A stretch of 63,779 nt of DNA, counting the filler, from Cercozoa sp. M6MM (lineage: Eukaryota; Protista; Endomyxa: Ascetosporea), in the NCBI GenBank assembly GCA_040357565.1. It is 9 parts of 9 records of this genome, joined end to end, with 100 filler letters (N's around TTAATTAATTAA, not from the genome) between each part and the next. Parts side by side here need not be neighbours in the genome. Positions count along the whole stretch, not along the records: positions 20,302 to 39,620 come from JBDODJ010000212.1; 8 more parts are not named here. One strand, 5' to 3'. Below the pieces are notes generated by a model. That model saw only the letters and a program-made list of their open reading frames with translations, did no database searches and was not told where the DNA came from. Made by a program: the position numbers and the translations under genes. This document shows positions 20,376 through 33,700 of the stretch, piece by piece. Numbering within the stretch: the stretch's first letter is position 1; every line of letters starts with the position of its first letter.

Positions 20376-22920
20376 CATTGGCATTCTGCATGTAGCCAGA
20401 GGCCGGATTCAGCACGAAGGGCAACTCGCGCAGTCGATGATAATCGCCCATGGACCACATGTACTTCTTCACCTCACCTGGGTGGGACCAAGAAGGGTAA
20501 GGGGTGAAGGTAAGGGATAAGGTCGAGTGAAGCAAGAGTGCATCCTACCAGGCACGGGCGACTTCCAGAAGTCAAAGTCAGTTTGGACAGGTCGTCGCGG
20601 AATCCACCCGTTGAACAAGTAGGAGATGTCACCCCGACTGTCGGCTGCCACGATGGTGAACATGCCCAACTGCAGCGGCGCCATCGCTTCGTACAACTCC
20701 GTTACATCCTGCGCCTGGGGGAGGGGGTAAAGGGAAGGTTGCAGGGGGCAGGATGGGAGTAGGGCAGGGATTAGAGTACCTGCAGCATGGCCAGGAATTG
20801 CGCCAGCACGTGCGCGCAGTCGGCGCCGGCGCGGCGGTGCGCGACGACGTGTGTGTCGTTGCGCAGTTTCACCACGCCATGCAGGGTGCGCAGGCGTCGC
20901 ACCAGGTGTCGCTCCCACACCGGCGGTGCCGACATGTCCCTCGGGTTCGTACGCACCAGCAACGGCATTTCCTGCTCCTCCATCTGGAGTACCGACCCAT
21001 CAAACCAGTACTTGGTACTGCCCTCAGTCTCTCTGGTACTACACGGTGGCCATATATACTCATGCACATATGTGCTCATACTCATATGTACTACACAAGG
21101 TAGGACTGCTTAAGGCTGCAGTACGGTACAGTGCCGGCCACGCGGTGCGAGTTGTACCGCCGCTCCAACTCGATGCGACGCGGTTCGTCCGCGCGTGCAT
21201 GCTTGGCTGCCAGCGGGACCTGGGGGGGGGGCAAGGAGGTAAGAGGGGTTGGGGTAAAGAGGAGTGTTGGGGGTAAAACCTGATGCAGTGTGAAGGCCTG
21301 GATGCGATTGACGGTCATGGTGAAACTGACATGCCGTGTCGAGGCAATACAGGGCAGTGGTGACCCCAACAACAAGGCACCGTGAGCAGTGAAGTCCTCC
21401 TTTCTGACCGACACGTGGACTTCGAACCAGGTGTACTTCTCGTAGAACAACAAGTGCGGATTCGCCAGGTGCAGGGCGCCTCTACGGAGTAGGGAGTAAA
21501 GGAGACAAGGGTATGGGAGGGGGAGAGTACCCCTTGTCCTTGTACTTGGGATAATTCGCCGCCCACGCGTTGCTGCCCTGTGGGAGTGGGGGAGGGGGGT
21601 AAGGGAGTGTGTGTGTGAGGGTAAAACCAGTGTACTCTAGTGCCGTGTGTATCGTCATGTTCTCCATCTAGACTACGGGGGGGAGGGTAACAGGGAGGTA
21701 AACTGGAGGAGGGGAACATACATCTCAGACGGCACACCAGCGAAAGCGGCAGTGTATTCCGTTTCGTAACTGTAGTGTACGCGGTGCATTGCTGCCACAC
21801 ACCAGGAGTAAAGGTGGGGGGAGGGGGTAAAAGAGCCACAGTACACGTGTCCTCGAGCGTCTCCAATGGCCACTGCGGATGCGCATTGTCCAACGAATCC
21901 GCAATCAAAAACGGCGCTCGCGTGTTGGTGAACACCTGTCCCAGGGGGTAAAAGGTAGGATGTGTGTGTGTGTGTGTGTCGTGTGTGTATGTGTGTATGT
22001 GTATGTGTGTGTAAGGGGGTAAAATACCTGCAGTGTCCGATACAGCAAGCGGTAGTCGTTGCGTCCACTCACTAGTGGCAAGGCACGCAGTCTGATCTCA
22101 GACTGGGGGGGGGGGGAGGTAAAGGATGCTAAGGGGCTAAACGGAGTATAGGGTAGGGTACAAAGTGCTCGGGATGCTCGTCGGCGTACTGCCGGAAACC
22201 TGCCGCGTGTGCTTCGAGCCACTATACGGGAGGGGGGGGGCAAGGGGTATAGGGGGTAAAAGGGTAAAGGGAGCGAAAGACACCTGTCGCTCCTCCGGGT
22301 ACATCTGGTCATACAGCCGATCGGCCTCCTCAATGTAGCCTTGGTTGAGGCACTCCACATCCTGCACAAATCAAGAGAGGATCTACTGTATGGTGGCAGA
22401 GGTATAGGCCAGTTACCTGCCGCAAGTAAATGTTGCTGTCGCCTTTGCCAAAGAACTCGCTGCTCCGTGCACTTGCCACTGGAGGAGGGTGAAAGGGTGT
22501 GTGTAGGGAAGGGGGGTCTCAGACAAAAGGTACCTGCGATCAGACGCAGGTACAGGTCGCCGTGTTGCCGGGCCACTGCACGACCCGTGGCAGCAGCCGC
22601 ACCCGCCATATCGTCCGCTGTGAAAGTGTGCAATGTGCGGCATGCCAAATCCATATCGTACGTGAATGACTGTACCATAAATGTGCGGCACGCCAAAGCC
22701 GTCCCAAAAAACTTCCGCACTGCCAGCAAAAAAAAAAAAAAACAAACGTGGTCACACAAAGCGAAACGGCCACTTGACCATAGCACTCCAAAGCCGAGCT
22801 GTACGTTGCAACGGCGGCATCTGGCAGAGTTATGGACACTGCCTCGTGTTTGGGCCCGTTTGGGTCACCAAGCAACGCAAACACGTTGGCAACGACAAAC
22901 AGCCAAAAGGTCCCCCGCAT
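20376..22920 (-). CDS. Secreted Ntn-hydrolase, peptidase S45 (penicillin / glutaryl-7-ACA / AHL acylase family), intron-rich, 3' truncated
   Basis: Signal peptide; alpha-chain AEVFWDGFGVPHIYA; beta-chain nucleophile G|SNAWA; LANPHL..WFEVH; FTMTVN; MFTIVAADSRGDISYLFNGWIPRR; LPFVLNPASGYMQNAN. Confidence 0.92.
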
Positions 22921-23738
22921 GCTCCTTAACTCAGAAAGCCTCCAGTGGACTTTTCACACTGTTAACTTCTCCTTCTAAGTTCTGATCAACGCGCGTTTGG
23001 AAACCGTGATCGCACCGCTTGACAAGTGAATTAATTTTAGTTTATTTATGACGATCGCAGCCAGCGCACTGGCGATTGCCATACAGATGCCGGTGTATCG
23101 ACTCTGCATGTTTTCCTCGTGCGACGCGAGAGCGCGAAAATGCCGTGCACCTGCATTCCTCTGGTGGACGCGGCAGGACGCGGGAGACGCAAGCCGCGAT
23201 GGCAGGAGGGAACTAGCTGCCTGGCAGCGACAATGAAACACCACTACTCTCGACGTTGTTTCACTTACTCGGTTGGTAAGTGCACCGCTGCACGCGTATG
23301 AAGGCACTGGCGAGACACTGGGCCTCTGCGCGGCGAATTCCCCTGTGCGAGCAGATCGGCAGCACAACGAGCTGTCTTACAGGAAATGCAAACTTCAAAC
23401 ACCGTGCTGTCAGCAACTCGAAGCACACCTGCCCGCTATACCGGGTATACCGAACAGTTTGTGACTTTTGCTTCGTGCCAAAAAAATGCAGTTCTCTTTT
23501 TCCGGGATCGTTCAATCACGAGTTTAGTTTGAGATCGATCAATCATCCCACTGAGCAGTGGTTTCAATCATTTGTTAAGTGAGCGTCAACCAAGCATCTG
23601 CCATTGTTTTAACAAACGCGCAGCTGCACAGCGTGCGGCATTACATAGCAAGTGCCGGTGTAGCGCTCGCTGTTTTGCAGAGCCTCAATACTTCCCAGCC
23701 TGATCAAGACCCATCAGATTGAGAGTCACTGGGGACGT

Positions 23739-26700
23739 ATGGTTGGCGGGCTACTGACACTACTGCTTGCTCTCGTCTCAGTTGTTGCGATCGATGTCCC
23801 TGATGCCCTTGATTTGGGTGGTCGCGACGGAGTTCTACTTGTTGCCCAAAAGGTACATTTTGCTTCTGATGTTAAGTCGCGCGCGCAGCTGGTATTTATT
23901 CGGCTCCAGGTAACGTCTGCTGATCAAAGCTGGGTGGACTGGAACCTGCCGTCTGCGACAGCGTGGGATGCCACCACTCACGTTGACACCAGTGAAGACA
24001 CTGCTGCCGCATTGATCGCGTCCCAGCAGGTGACTGACGCTGGCTTTTTGGCCTTGAGGTATTGCTTGTTTGTCCATGCAACCACCGAGGTCGCAGCACT
24101 GGTTTGTGCTTCAGATGGACGGGAATTGTCGTGGCTGATCCAAGTCAGGCGCAGCAACGTTTTGAAGTCAACGCACCTGCCGGAACTCAGTGCTCGTATA
24201 CTCCGCTCTGACAAAAATGTGCTCGAACCAACTGTTTTTTTTTGCAGTTGGAACTTGATCATCTCAGACGCATACAAACTGGCAGACTCGAGCAACACAA
24301 ACGTTTTATTGATCGAGTGCGTCGTTTTCTGGCATGTTGGTTTCACTGGGTATGACTCATTGTGCCGTAGAAGCTCCGCGCGGATGCACGAATTCGAGTT
24401 TCGCTTGATTTGCACAGGCGCCTCGTTCCGCCAGAGTGTATGTCCCTTGTGTGTCCACGGTGGTTTCTATGTTGATTTCATCCTTTAGCTCCTTGTCTGC
24501 TTGCAGGTGAGGCTGGCGGGTCCGACTTGCGGTGACTATTTGTGCTTCCATCATGGCACGACAAATCCCGAGTCGCCGGTGGCCGATGTGATCGCGTGCG
24601 GCGCTGCGACGCTCAAGGAGGTGTGTCACCGTGTTACGCACGTGGCCACTCAGTCGCAGTCGCCTGCAGTTCGCTTGCACGCCTGGCTCACGCATTTCCG
24701 CTTGCTGTAACCTTCCTTTAGCCTTCTTACCGACATCTTTAGCTCTGACCTTCATCCCAGAAAATCTTTATCCCATTGTCTTTTCCTAGGTGGCAACGTG
24801 TGCCATTCAACAACTATGACACGAGTGCACCATCGTCGATCACACCAATCTCAGAGTTGTTGCCACTGCAAGCGCAGACGACAGTCGATTTGGACAGTGC
24901 TATCGACGACTTTAACTTGCTGCCGTTTGGTACTCTGACCTTCCCCTTTGAACCTTCCCTTTTTACTTCCTTTGCCCCTAGGCAACGACACCTCGGTATA
25001 CCCGTTGTGTGCTTCGATCAGTACCGAAGCTGCCTCCATTGTGCCGAGCGTGACTTGCCCTTCTCTATGCCTTAGTTGCCACATGTCACCTCTCTGTTCC
25101 CACACAGGGCCAGCTCTGGCAGGACGAACTGCGCAGTTCCGGCAGCGAAGGTACTGTCCCTTTAGCCATTTCCTCCTTCAACACCTACCAACCTTGTTGT
25201 CTTCCTGCTATCTTAGGTGTACGCGTGTGCTACCACCACCCGGCGCGTGTGCCGCAGCCGCAAAACGTCTCGCACAATCCGCATATCCTCCAGTTAGGGT
25301 ACCTCTGCCCCTTCGTTTCTTCCTTACTCCTTTACCTCTTTACCTCTTTCCTTAGGACCGAGGCAGTGGGTGTGCTGGAGAGCAATCTTACTGTGCACGT
25401 GGACTGGACGCAGTCACTGACAACGGGTGCCTTGGGTTCCATCGAGCTGATCGTTGATGTGACCGATCAGGTATGTCTACTGATCGCTATCTGATCATTT
25501 TGATCGTCGCCATGTGATCGATCCATATCGATGTTGTTTGGGGCAGGACGCACGTGTGCTGCGACTGGACATGGCGTTTTCGCTGCTGTCGCTGTCGACA
25601 TCGTCGGTGCTGCTGACCGACACCTTGGCCTGTCAGTACGATGATGACACTGGTATCATTTCTCACCCTCGGAACATTGTTGACGGTTTCACCGTCTGAT
25701 CACTGTGTGATTACTAGTCGTCATATCCCATCACGTGCTTAGACCTGCCGCTGTCGGTGCCGTGTCTGAGCGTTGTCAATCAATCCGACGCGTCCATGTC
25801 GTTTCGGGTACCTTCCCTCAGGAATCATATCCACATCCTCGCGGATGCCAGGGTGGTGTGACATCAGGTCTTCCACGTGACTGGTGGTACCGTGGCCGGC
25901 AGCGCCAACGTGAGTGTGCGTGTCTGTCTGGACGCCACATGCTCGCCGGCCTCTGACCCGCAGGTAAAAAAGGTCCCTTCAACTATCTGACACTCTGAAT
26001 CTCGGTGTGTTGTAGCCGCATGTTCTCGAAGATGTATTGTCGCTGCGCGATGTCACGGCACAAGAGGTGCCGGTTGCCTCGGTGCACCCGCTGCGACTCG
26101 TCTGGCAGTGGACGCGACCTCCAAGGTACATCGCCACTTTAACTGTCTCCGTGCTGTACCTATAGATGTATCTATTTGTCTTCAGCACCCAGCTCTCTGG
26201 CTCTGTGCTGCTTACAGCGCTGCTAACGGCTTCAAACAACGAAACTGCCGTTTTTGCCAATCACTCAGTGTACAAAGCATTTTCGGTGCTTTCTCTGTTC
26301 TTGTATTTGGGTTGTTGCTTAGCACACAATCTGGCAGCGATGGATCGGTTCAAACGTTCGAAATCGATGCGCCGCATGTTGGTACATTTCAGCTTTGACC
26401 GTGCTGTTTCAATGTCTAAGTTTTCGTTGATGACCACAATAGGCTGTTTCAAGCTTTTGCTGACGCCTGCGACAGCGGGCTGGTCCACAGCGAGGTAGGC
26501 TCTGTTTAGGAAGGTTTCCGGTTGGAGGTCAGTTTGTTGTTTGCGTTGCAGGTCGGTGGCTTGCACGCGTTATTTGAACGTGTCGCTCGTGAGTTGCTCG
26601 AACTGCGATATCGTGAGGTAGACACAATTTGCTCTATTTTGGTCATGTGTCCTGTATTTATATCTCCTTTGCCTGAACAGTCCGACGAAGATCTCGCTGC

Positions 26701-29700
26701 GCGACACGGCAGAGAACACGACCTCGCTTACACTGGCTGTAGCCACTCTTTGTTGTTCTTGCCTTGAGGAGAGGCTTAAGTTAGATATTGTTTTGTGTGG
26801 TTTCAGGCCTCGTCACAAACGCCGCTTTTTTCGGACACTACCGTAATTTTCGTGTTTGTTTTTTGTTTGAAAGTACAATAATTACACCAACAGGCATGGT
26901 CGACGAGTTTCGCGCCGCGCGTTCTCTTTGCTTTCGACGGTACTTCTTCAGTTTGTTGTTTTTCTTTTGTTGCTTTTGTGTTTTTCTTTTGTTGTTGTTT
27001 GTGTTGTTGTTTTCTTTTTGTTTTGTTTTGTACCACTGCTTGTTCCGCAGCGGTGCAGAATGCGCCTGACACTCTCGGCACGTGCACTGGTATTTTTAAT
27101 CTTAGTCCCCCTTTTGTCAAAAGTGATTTTTTTCTGTATCCGCGCGGCTGTGTAGTTGACCCGTCCTCGCTGGCGCAGAGTGGCGACCATCAGACGGTAA
27201 CTTTTGAGTGTGCCTGCTTTTGGACGGTTTCTGACGGCGTATGACGGTGTGTGCAGTTCGACTGCCACGTGCCAAGTGGCACCGGTGAGAACATCGCGCT
27301 GCACGTCTCTGTCGGCAATGGTACCGCCACAAACGCTGAAACCTTTACCCCCCCCCCGTGTACACCTGTCTACCCTTAAACCGATTGACCTCCCGCAGAC
27401 AAGACGGAGGTACTGCGCGCTTCGTGGCCGCCGATCGAGCTGATCGAGGGTTCGCTGCGACTGGCGTCGACTCCATTCGGCGTCAACAAGGTTTGGTCTT
27501 TTTCTTTACTACCTACACTACTGTCTCGTCTGCTTAAACCAACAAGCCGGCTGGACAGACCGAGAACGTCACCAAGACGAACAACGATCCGTTCGCTCTC
27601 AAAGTATCTATCTACTGTCTGTGTTACGACCAGGTTAACATGCTTGTTTTGCAGGTGCAAGCCAACTACGTTCCCGACGATGTGGCGCTGTTTTTGACGG
27701 CGTTTCTGGTGCCTGTCGGCCTGCCAGTGTACCTACTGTCTATAGCCTATTGTGATCCTTCCGTTCCGGGGGTGACTAAACATGGAACCACTGGGCAGTG
27801 ACGACACGTCAGTAGTGACGTGCACGATGGCGACAGTGGCACCGGGCGAGTTCACGTGCATCACGGCGCGCGCCGACGGCACCAGCGGCGCCACCGAACT
27901 CGTCGTGGTCGCCGCCGGTTTCGCCGACGACAGAGGCATGGCACGCACCAGTGCGGCACGCGGCGATGCCGGTACCCCCGTTCATTCTGCTCATGTAGAC
28001 TTGTGTATAGCCTATGTGCACGACAGTGATCCTGCCGTCCACACCAATCTTGTACAGTCTCGACTACGTGGTAAGCTCCACTAGTATGATTAAAACATGG
28101 CCGTACATGGCTACACAATTTGTTGTACCATAGGGTACCGAGTCTGGCAACTGTGTGCGTGAGACCTTCGCCAATCCTGATCTGGACAACGCTGACGGTA
28201 ACTGAAGCTTGACGCGTTTTTGCACATGTTTTGTTGACTTTTTCACCAACTGTAGCCACTCGATTGATCGATTGTGATTTTAATCTTGCTCGAGTCGAGG
28301 TATGCGATGTTTGAACGGCACTAGTGCGTGCAGTCTAACTTTGGTTTTGACCCAGTTCACGGTAACGGGACGTTATTTGATTTCGTTCAACACGAGTGTG
28401 AAACTGCCGAGTGACTCGTCCGCCCGGCTTGGTACAAAGCTCGACCTTGTACTTTGTTTGAAGGAAGTTGATGGTGTTGTTGAACTTTCTCTGCAGAACA
28501 AGTGTCACCTTCGTATGAAGACTTCCTGTTGGACACGACGCAAGTGCAGGTGCCTGCACTTTGCTCTTTTGTTGAGATGTTGCACTTAAACATAGACGGC
28601 GAAACTGACATCTTACTCGAGCACAGACAACGTTGGTGTGTCACATTTTCCCTTGTTTTAAATCACCTTTAATATGCCTCGCTTGCAGGCGAATTGCGAG
28701 CTCTGCGACCGTACACGGAAATCACCGACGGCGTCATCACGTAAAATGAGACTCTTGCCATGTGATCGATTTTCATACTTCGACTTGCAGTGGCAAAGAC
28801 GCGTTGCTGATCGGTTTTGCTGCACCGCAACTGACCAACATCACGAACGTCAAGTCCTGCAGCGTACGTCAGTTGGTTGTTTCTTGTGTGGTGGTTTGCG
28901 ACTTGGAAGCTGCGTGTTTCTGCAGGGCGTCAACCACCTCGTGTGCCCACGAACCGCGGGATCGCAAATCGAGATCAAGGGTACGCGCGATATAAAAAGT
29001 TTTTGTGAATGTCCTTTTACGTTGCACAGGACGCAATCTGCCGACCAGTGGTGACGACAGCGCCCGCGTTCTTATTGGCAGGTGCGGCTGCTGTATGAAA
29101 ATTGCATTTATATGTATTGTGGTTTGTACAGTTTAACGGCTGCATTTTCGCCTCAAGTGACGCAGCTGCCCACGAAGATTCAGCTCGTGCTGCCGCTAGG
29201 CGAAGGTACGTTCTTTTGGCTGTCTTTTTCGCATTTTCTCGTTGCCATGTCATTGGCACCTCACTTGCTTGGACAGGCGGCACGTCGCTGGCGTTTTTTG
29301 TGTCTCAGCCGCGCGGCGGTCGCTTCTCGGAGCCTTCGACTGCAGACTTTTCTATCTCATACAGTCCGTGTCCTGCTGGACAGGTACTTGGTCTGTTAGT
29401 GAGCGTTGTATGAAAAAACAGTGTGTTTTGTTCAGGGTGACCCACGCCACGTTTCGGATTTGCTGGGTGGTATCGAGGCCGATTTAGGTACCCTACGACT
29501 CTGCGCACTCTTCATATCGGCTGTGAACACCTGGTTTTTGCAGAAGCTTCGGGGTGTGCGAAGTGCCCGAGTGGCTACTACAGTCACGCTGACAGCGATG
29601 TGTGTGCTCCTTGTCCACGGTAGCTTTGTCACTCTCCTTTATATCTGCGGTATAACTGTACCATTCGTTGCTTGTGCAGAGGCAGTTACGCCGCCAGTAA

Positions 29701-30602
29701 CGGCAACCAGGCCTGCACGAAGGCGTCGCAAGGCTTTTTGTATGTTCTCTGATTCGTATGTGTATATGTTTATTAATATGGGATTGTCCAGCGTATCGTC
29801 GCTCGGCGCCGTGACGCAGCAGCAGTGTCCGCCGTTATCGATCTCGTCAGTGACCGGCGCGTCTGAGTGTCTGTCCTGTCCGCGTACACTGACACACACA
29901 CTTTAGTGTCTCTGTCTCTGCGGATACATTTTGTGAACCTTAGCGCATCACATCGCCAGTGAAGACAGAACTTCGTGTGAACGGTGTGCCATTGAAGAGG
30001 TATCCTACCCTATCCTACCCTATCCACCCCCCTATATACATGTATATACGCATGTGACCCCTCTTACTCTCCTCCGGGCAGTACGTCAACCCAGGACTGC
30101 AGCAGTGCGTGCCTTGTCCACTCGGAAAAATCGCCAGCGGTGATGGCTGTAGCACTTTCTCTCTTCCTCTTTTGTGCGTATATGTGTATACCTACATATT
30201 TGTGCGGGGTAGTGTCTTGCACGCTGTGCATCCCGGGTCACCGCTGGCTTCCGCGAGGACACGACAACTCCGTGACAGGCGACCCGACCGCCGAACCGAT
30301 CAATGACGGTGATGACGGTGAGGACGGTGAGAACGATGCAGCCGGTGTCGAAAGCAGCAACGGTGTCACTACCGACGACGACGATCGTGTGGAGCAGCAG
30401 TTCGAGTGTGTGCCGTGTCCGGCAGGATCGGTACTGTCTGCACATGTCTTTGCGTGCGTGATCACTGTGCGTGTGACATGTAGTACCTGCGCGAGAACGC
30501 ACCATTGGAGGAGGCGCAGTGTCAGGCGTGCGCGCCAGGCACAGTGCAACCCAATATCGGTCAGTCCACGGTACGGTGCAAATGGACCGAAGTACAAATG
30601 GA

Positions 30603-30650
<48 letters not shown>

Positions 30651-30660
30651 NNNNNNNNNN

Positions 30661-30712
<52 letters not shown>

Positions 30713-33700
30713 ACACACACTGTAGTGTGTGCCGTGTGTACCGGGCCGATTCCAGTCGACGTACGGGCAGACGGAGTGCGTCGCATGCCCGGCTTGGACG
30801 TACCAACCGCGTGTCGGTACTGTAGCCATCCTGTGCACGGTCCATGTGTACCAAGTATTATCCCGTCTGTACAATATGCAGGTCAGTTGGAGTGTCGTCC
30901 GTGTGCGGGACCGAATTCGCTGTTGCACGGCACCGATCGTGACAACAGCACCGGCAACGGCACCGACACGGACAATCTCTCGGACGATCTGCTGGACGGT
31001 CATGGTATCTCTACCCCCCCCCCTCTGTCTCCATTAGCCCCTCTTACCTCCCTCCCCCCAGAGTTGTTACCGGGCTGGTACCCGGCGACGGAGCAGAGTG
31101 CGTGCGATGCGTGTCCTGCACGACAGTACCAAAAGGTACCCCAGAGTTTGTGACGGTTATACTGCGAGTCTGTGGTCACTTGACCCTGTCATGTGGTCAC
31201 CCATGTGCGATCAGGTGCCACTGAACGAGTCGCTGCCGCGTGAAGGCGGTTGCTTTGCGTGCGATGCGGAACGATTGGACTGCGGCGAGTCTGTGCCAGG
31301 TACACTTTGGACCGCACATGTGTTGTACTTTCGTCCATTTGGACATACACACGTGTACTTGTTTTAGGCGTAACGGTCGGACGGTCCGGCACGTGGTTCT
31401 GGCAGGAAGCGGACACGGGTGAAGTGCACACACACAAGTGCCGTCCCGGTCGTTGTCTGTACCCACTCGACGCCGAAGCACAGGAGAATTCGCAGGAGGT
31501 ACTTGTGTCCATCCTTCGCTACCCTTTAACTTCCCTGTCCACATGAGCAGTGCATGGAGGTGGCCGCTGAGATCAACGCCTATGCTAAGGACACGTCGCT
31601 CGTGTCGACGGTTGGTCTTGTGCGTGGCTGCTGTGGCGCCAATCGGCAGCCTTTCAGCGAGAATCCGTTGTGCGGACAGTGTCTGCCGGACTGTACCTCC
31701 TGCCTTTTCTTTGCGGTTTCACTTTGCTTTCTTTTTTTGCTTTTGAGTTGCCTTTCAGTTTTTGGTTGCCTTTTCGCGCATTTTTTGTGAGGTTGAATTG
31801 AACTGAGCAGACTACGAATGGGGCGGCAGCTGCGTCTCCTGCCAGAGCACACAGAACAGCTTGCTCGCTCTTGTCGTAACGCTTTTCTTGACCCGTGTTG
31901 TTCCGTATGACGCGTTTTATGTGCAATTGTGTCGGCAACGCAGTTTTTCATGTCCTGGCTGGCCACGATCGTGTTCCACACGCTCTCACAGTCGACGCGT
32001 TCCGAGTACGCTTGTTTTCTTTGTTATAAAAAACTAACGATTCAGTTCAGTTCAGTTGTGCGTATTACTAAGCTATGTTTTGTTTCTGTGTAGGCCCAAG
32101 ATCTTCACGTACTTTATTCAGATGGCGTTGTTGTTCTTCGGCTCGGCTAGGTACGCTTGGCTCAAACAACTCCGTGTGCTTATTGCTGATCGGACTGTGT
32201 TGCAGTGGCGACAGCGGCGCCTGGCTGCAGTTCATGACCTGGATCAACGTCGATGTCAGGTGTGCCTCTTTTGGCATGCTCAACAACTGTCTGGGAGTGT
32301 CTGTTGCCAACTTGAGCAGTTCCGTGTCGGGTGGATCGGTTTGTGTCGCACGATTTGATGCAGTCGATCAGCTGTTGCTGAGTGTGCGTTCTCACTTGTC
32401 TGTCCTGCCTGATTGTGCATGTGTTGTGTGTTCTGACAGGTACTTGCTCCGTTGGTGCTGCTGCTGCAGCTGTGGTTGACGGCGCTGTTGGTGGTTGTCG
32501 TGGCTTTTCTGCGAGGCTGGCGGCCGCATGGGTGTGTTGTTTTTGCCCCCTCCCCCCATTACTAGCCTCTTACTTCCCTGCGTCAGAAATGTGCCGACCA
32601 TGGCGGGCGAGTTCGCCGACGACGGCGTTGTCGACTACACGTCACTGAACAAGCACACGTGGCGCGGCCAGCTGCAGCCGTTCGTACTTTTACCTTTCAC
32701 GCGTGGGACTCTCTACCACTGCGAGACCACTGAGAGTCATGGTTGGCGGTGTAGGTGCGTACAACAATGGCGATCGCAATCATTTGTTTCAACAACATCA
32801 CGGACACGGTGTTCGGATACTGGCGCTGCATCGAGGTGCGTCCGGGCGTGTCGGTGGTGCAGCGGTACCCGGCACTGCGATGTGACGACTCGTCCTACAC
32901 GCAACTGGCGCCGGTGATGTGGATCGCCTTCCTACTGGTGACGGTGCTGCTGCCACTGGCACTGACGGTGTTCCTGTACCGTCGCTACCAGCAGGGCCGC
33001 GTTTTCACCATTCGTTTCTTGGTATGTCTGCCTTCTACCCTTAATTTTTACCTCTGACCCTGCCCTTACTTTGCCTGGAGTGCAGTCGCACTACGGCATC
33101 TTTGTGGAGAACTACCGCTGCGAGGTGTTCTACTACGAGAGCGTCGTCTTCATGCGGCGTCTCTTGCTTGTCGCTTTGGCAGTCGGCTACATGGACGACC
33201 GACGCACACTTATGACTGTATCAATACCCTACTCTTAATTAAGGTGTCTTTTTTGTTGAGAGGATGTTGATGCCAGGCACTCTCGATCGCGAACCTCGTG
33301 GTGCTGTTGTTGCACATTCTACTGATGCCATACTGGCGCTTCTTCGACAATATTATGGTGTGTTTACCGTCTACTCCCCATTTACCCCCCTCCCTACCTC
33401 TGTGTATGCGCGCGTGTGTGTGTGTGCAGGAGGGAGTGACATTGTTCATTCTGACGGTGGTGACGGTCTCACTGTCGGGCACAGAATTGCCACTGTCGGC
33501 GGCACTCAACGCTGTCTTTGGCGTGCTGATCCTGCTGCCTGCTGCGCTGTATATTTTTGTTCACCCCCCCCCCCATTTCCCTTTACCCCGAATATGCAGG
33601 ATCGCCTTGTACATGGCGGGACGCATCGTGGTGCGCCGCGTGTTTCCATCGCAGTACATTCGCTGGTCAACCAGGCTGTCTCTTGGCAAGGGACGCAACC

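Noticed and set aside
20376-22920. Bacterial contaminant contig explaining the acylase
   Set aside because: The gene has many spliceosomal introns with the same signals as neighbouring host genes.
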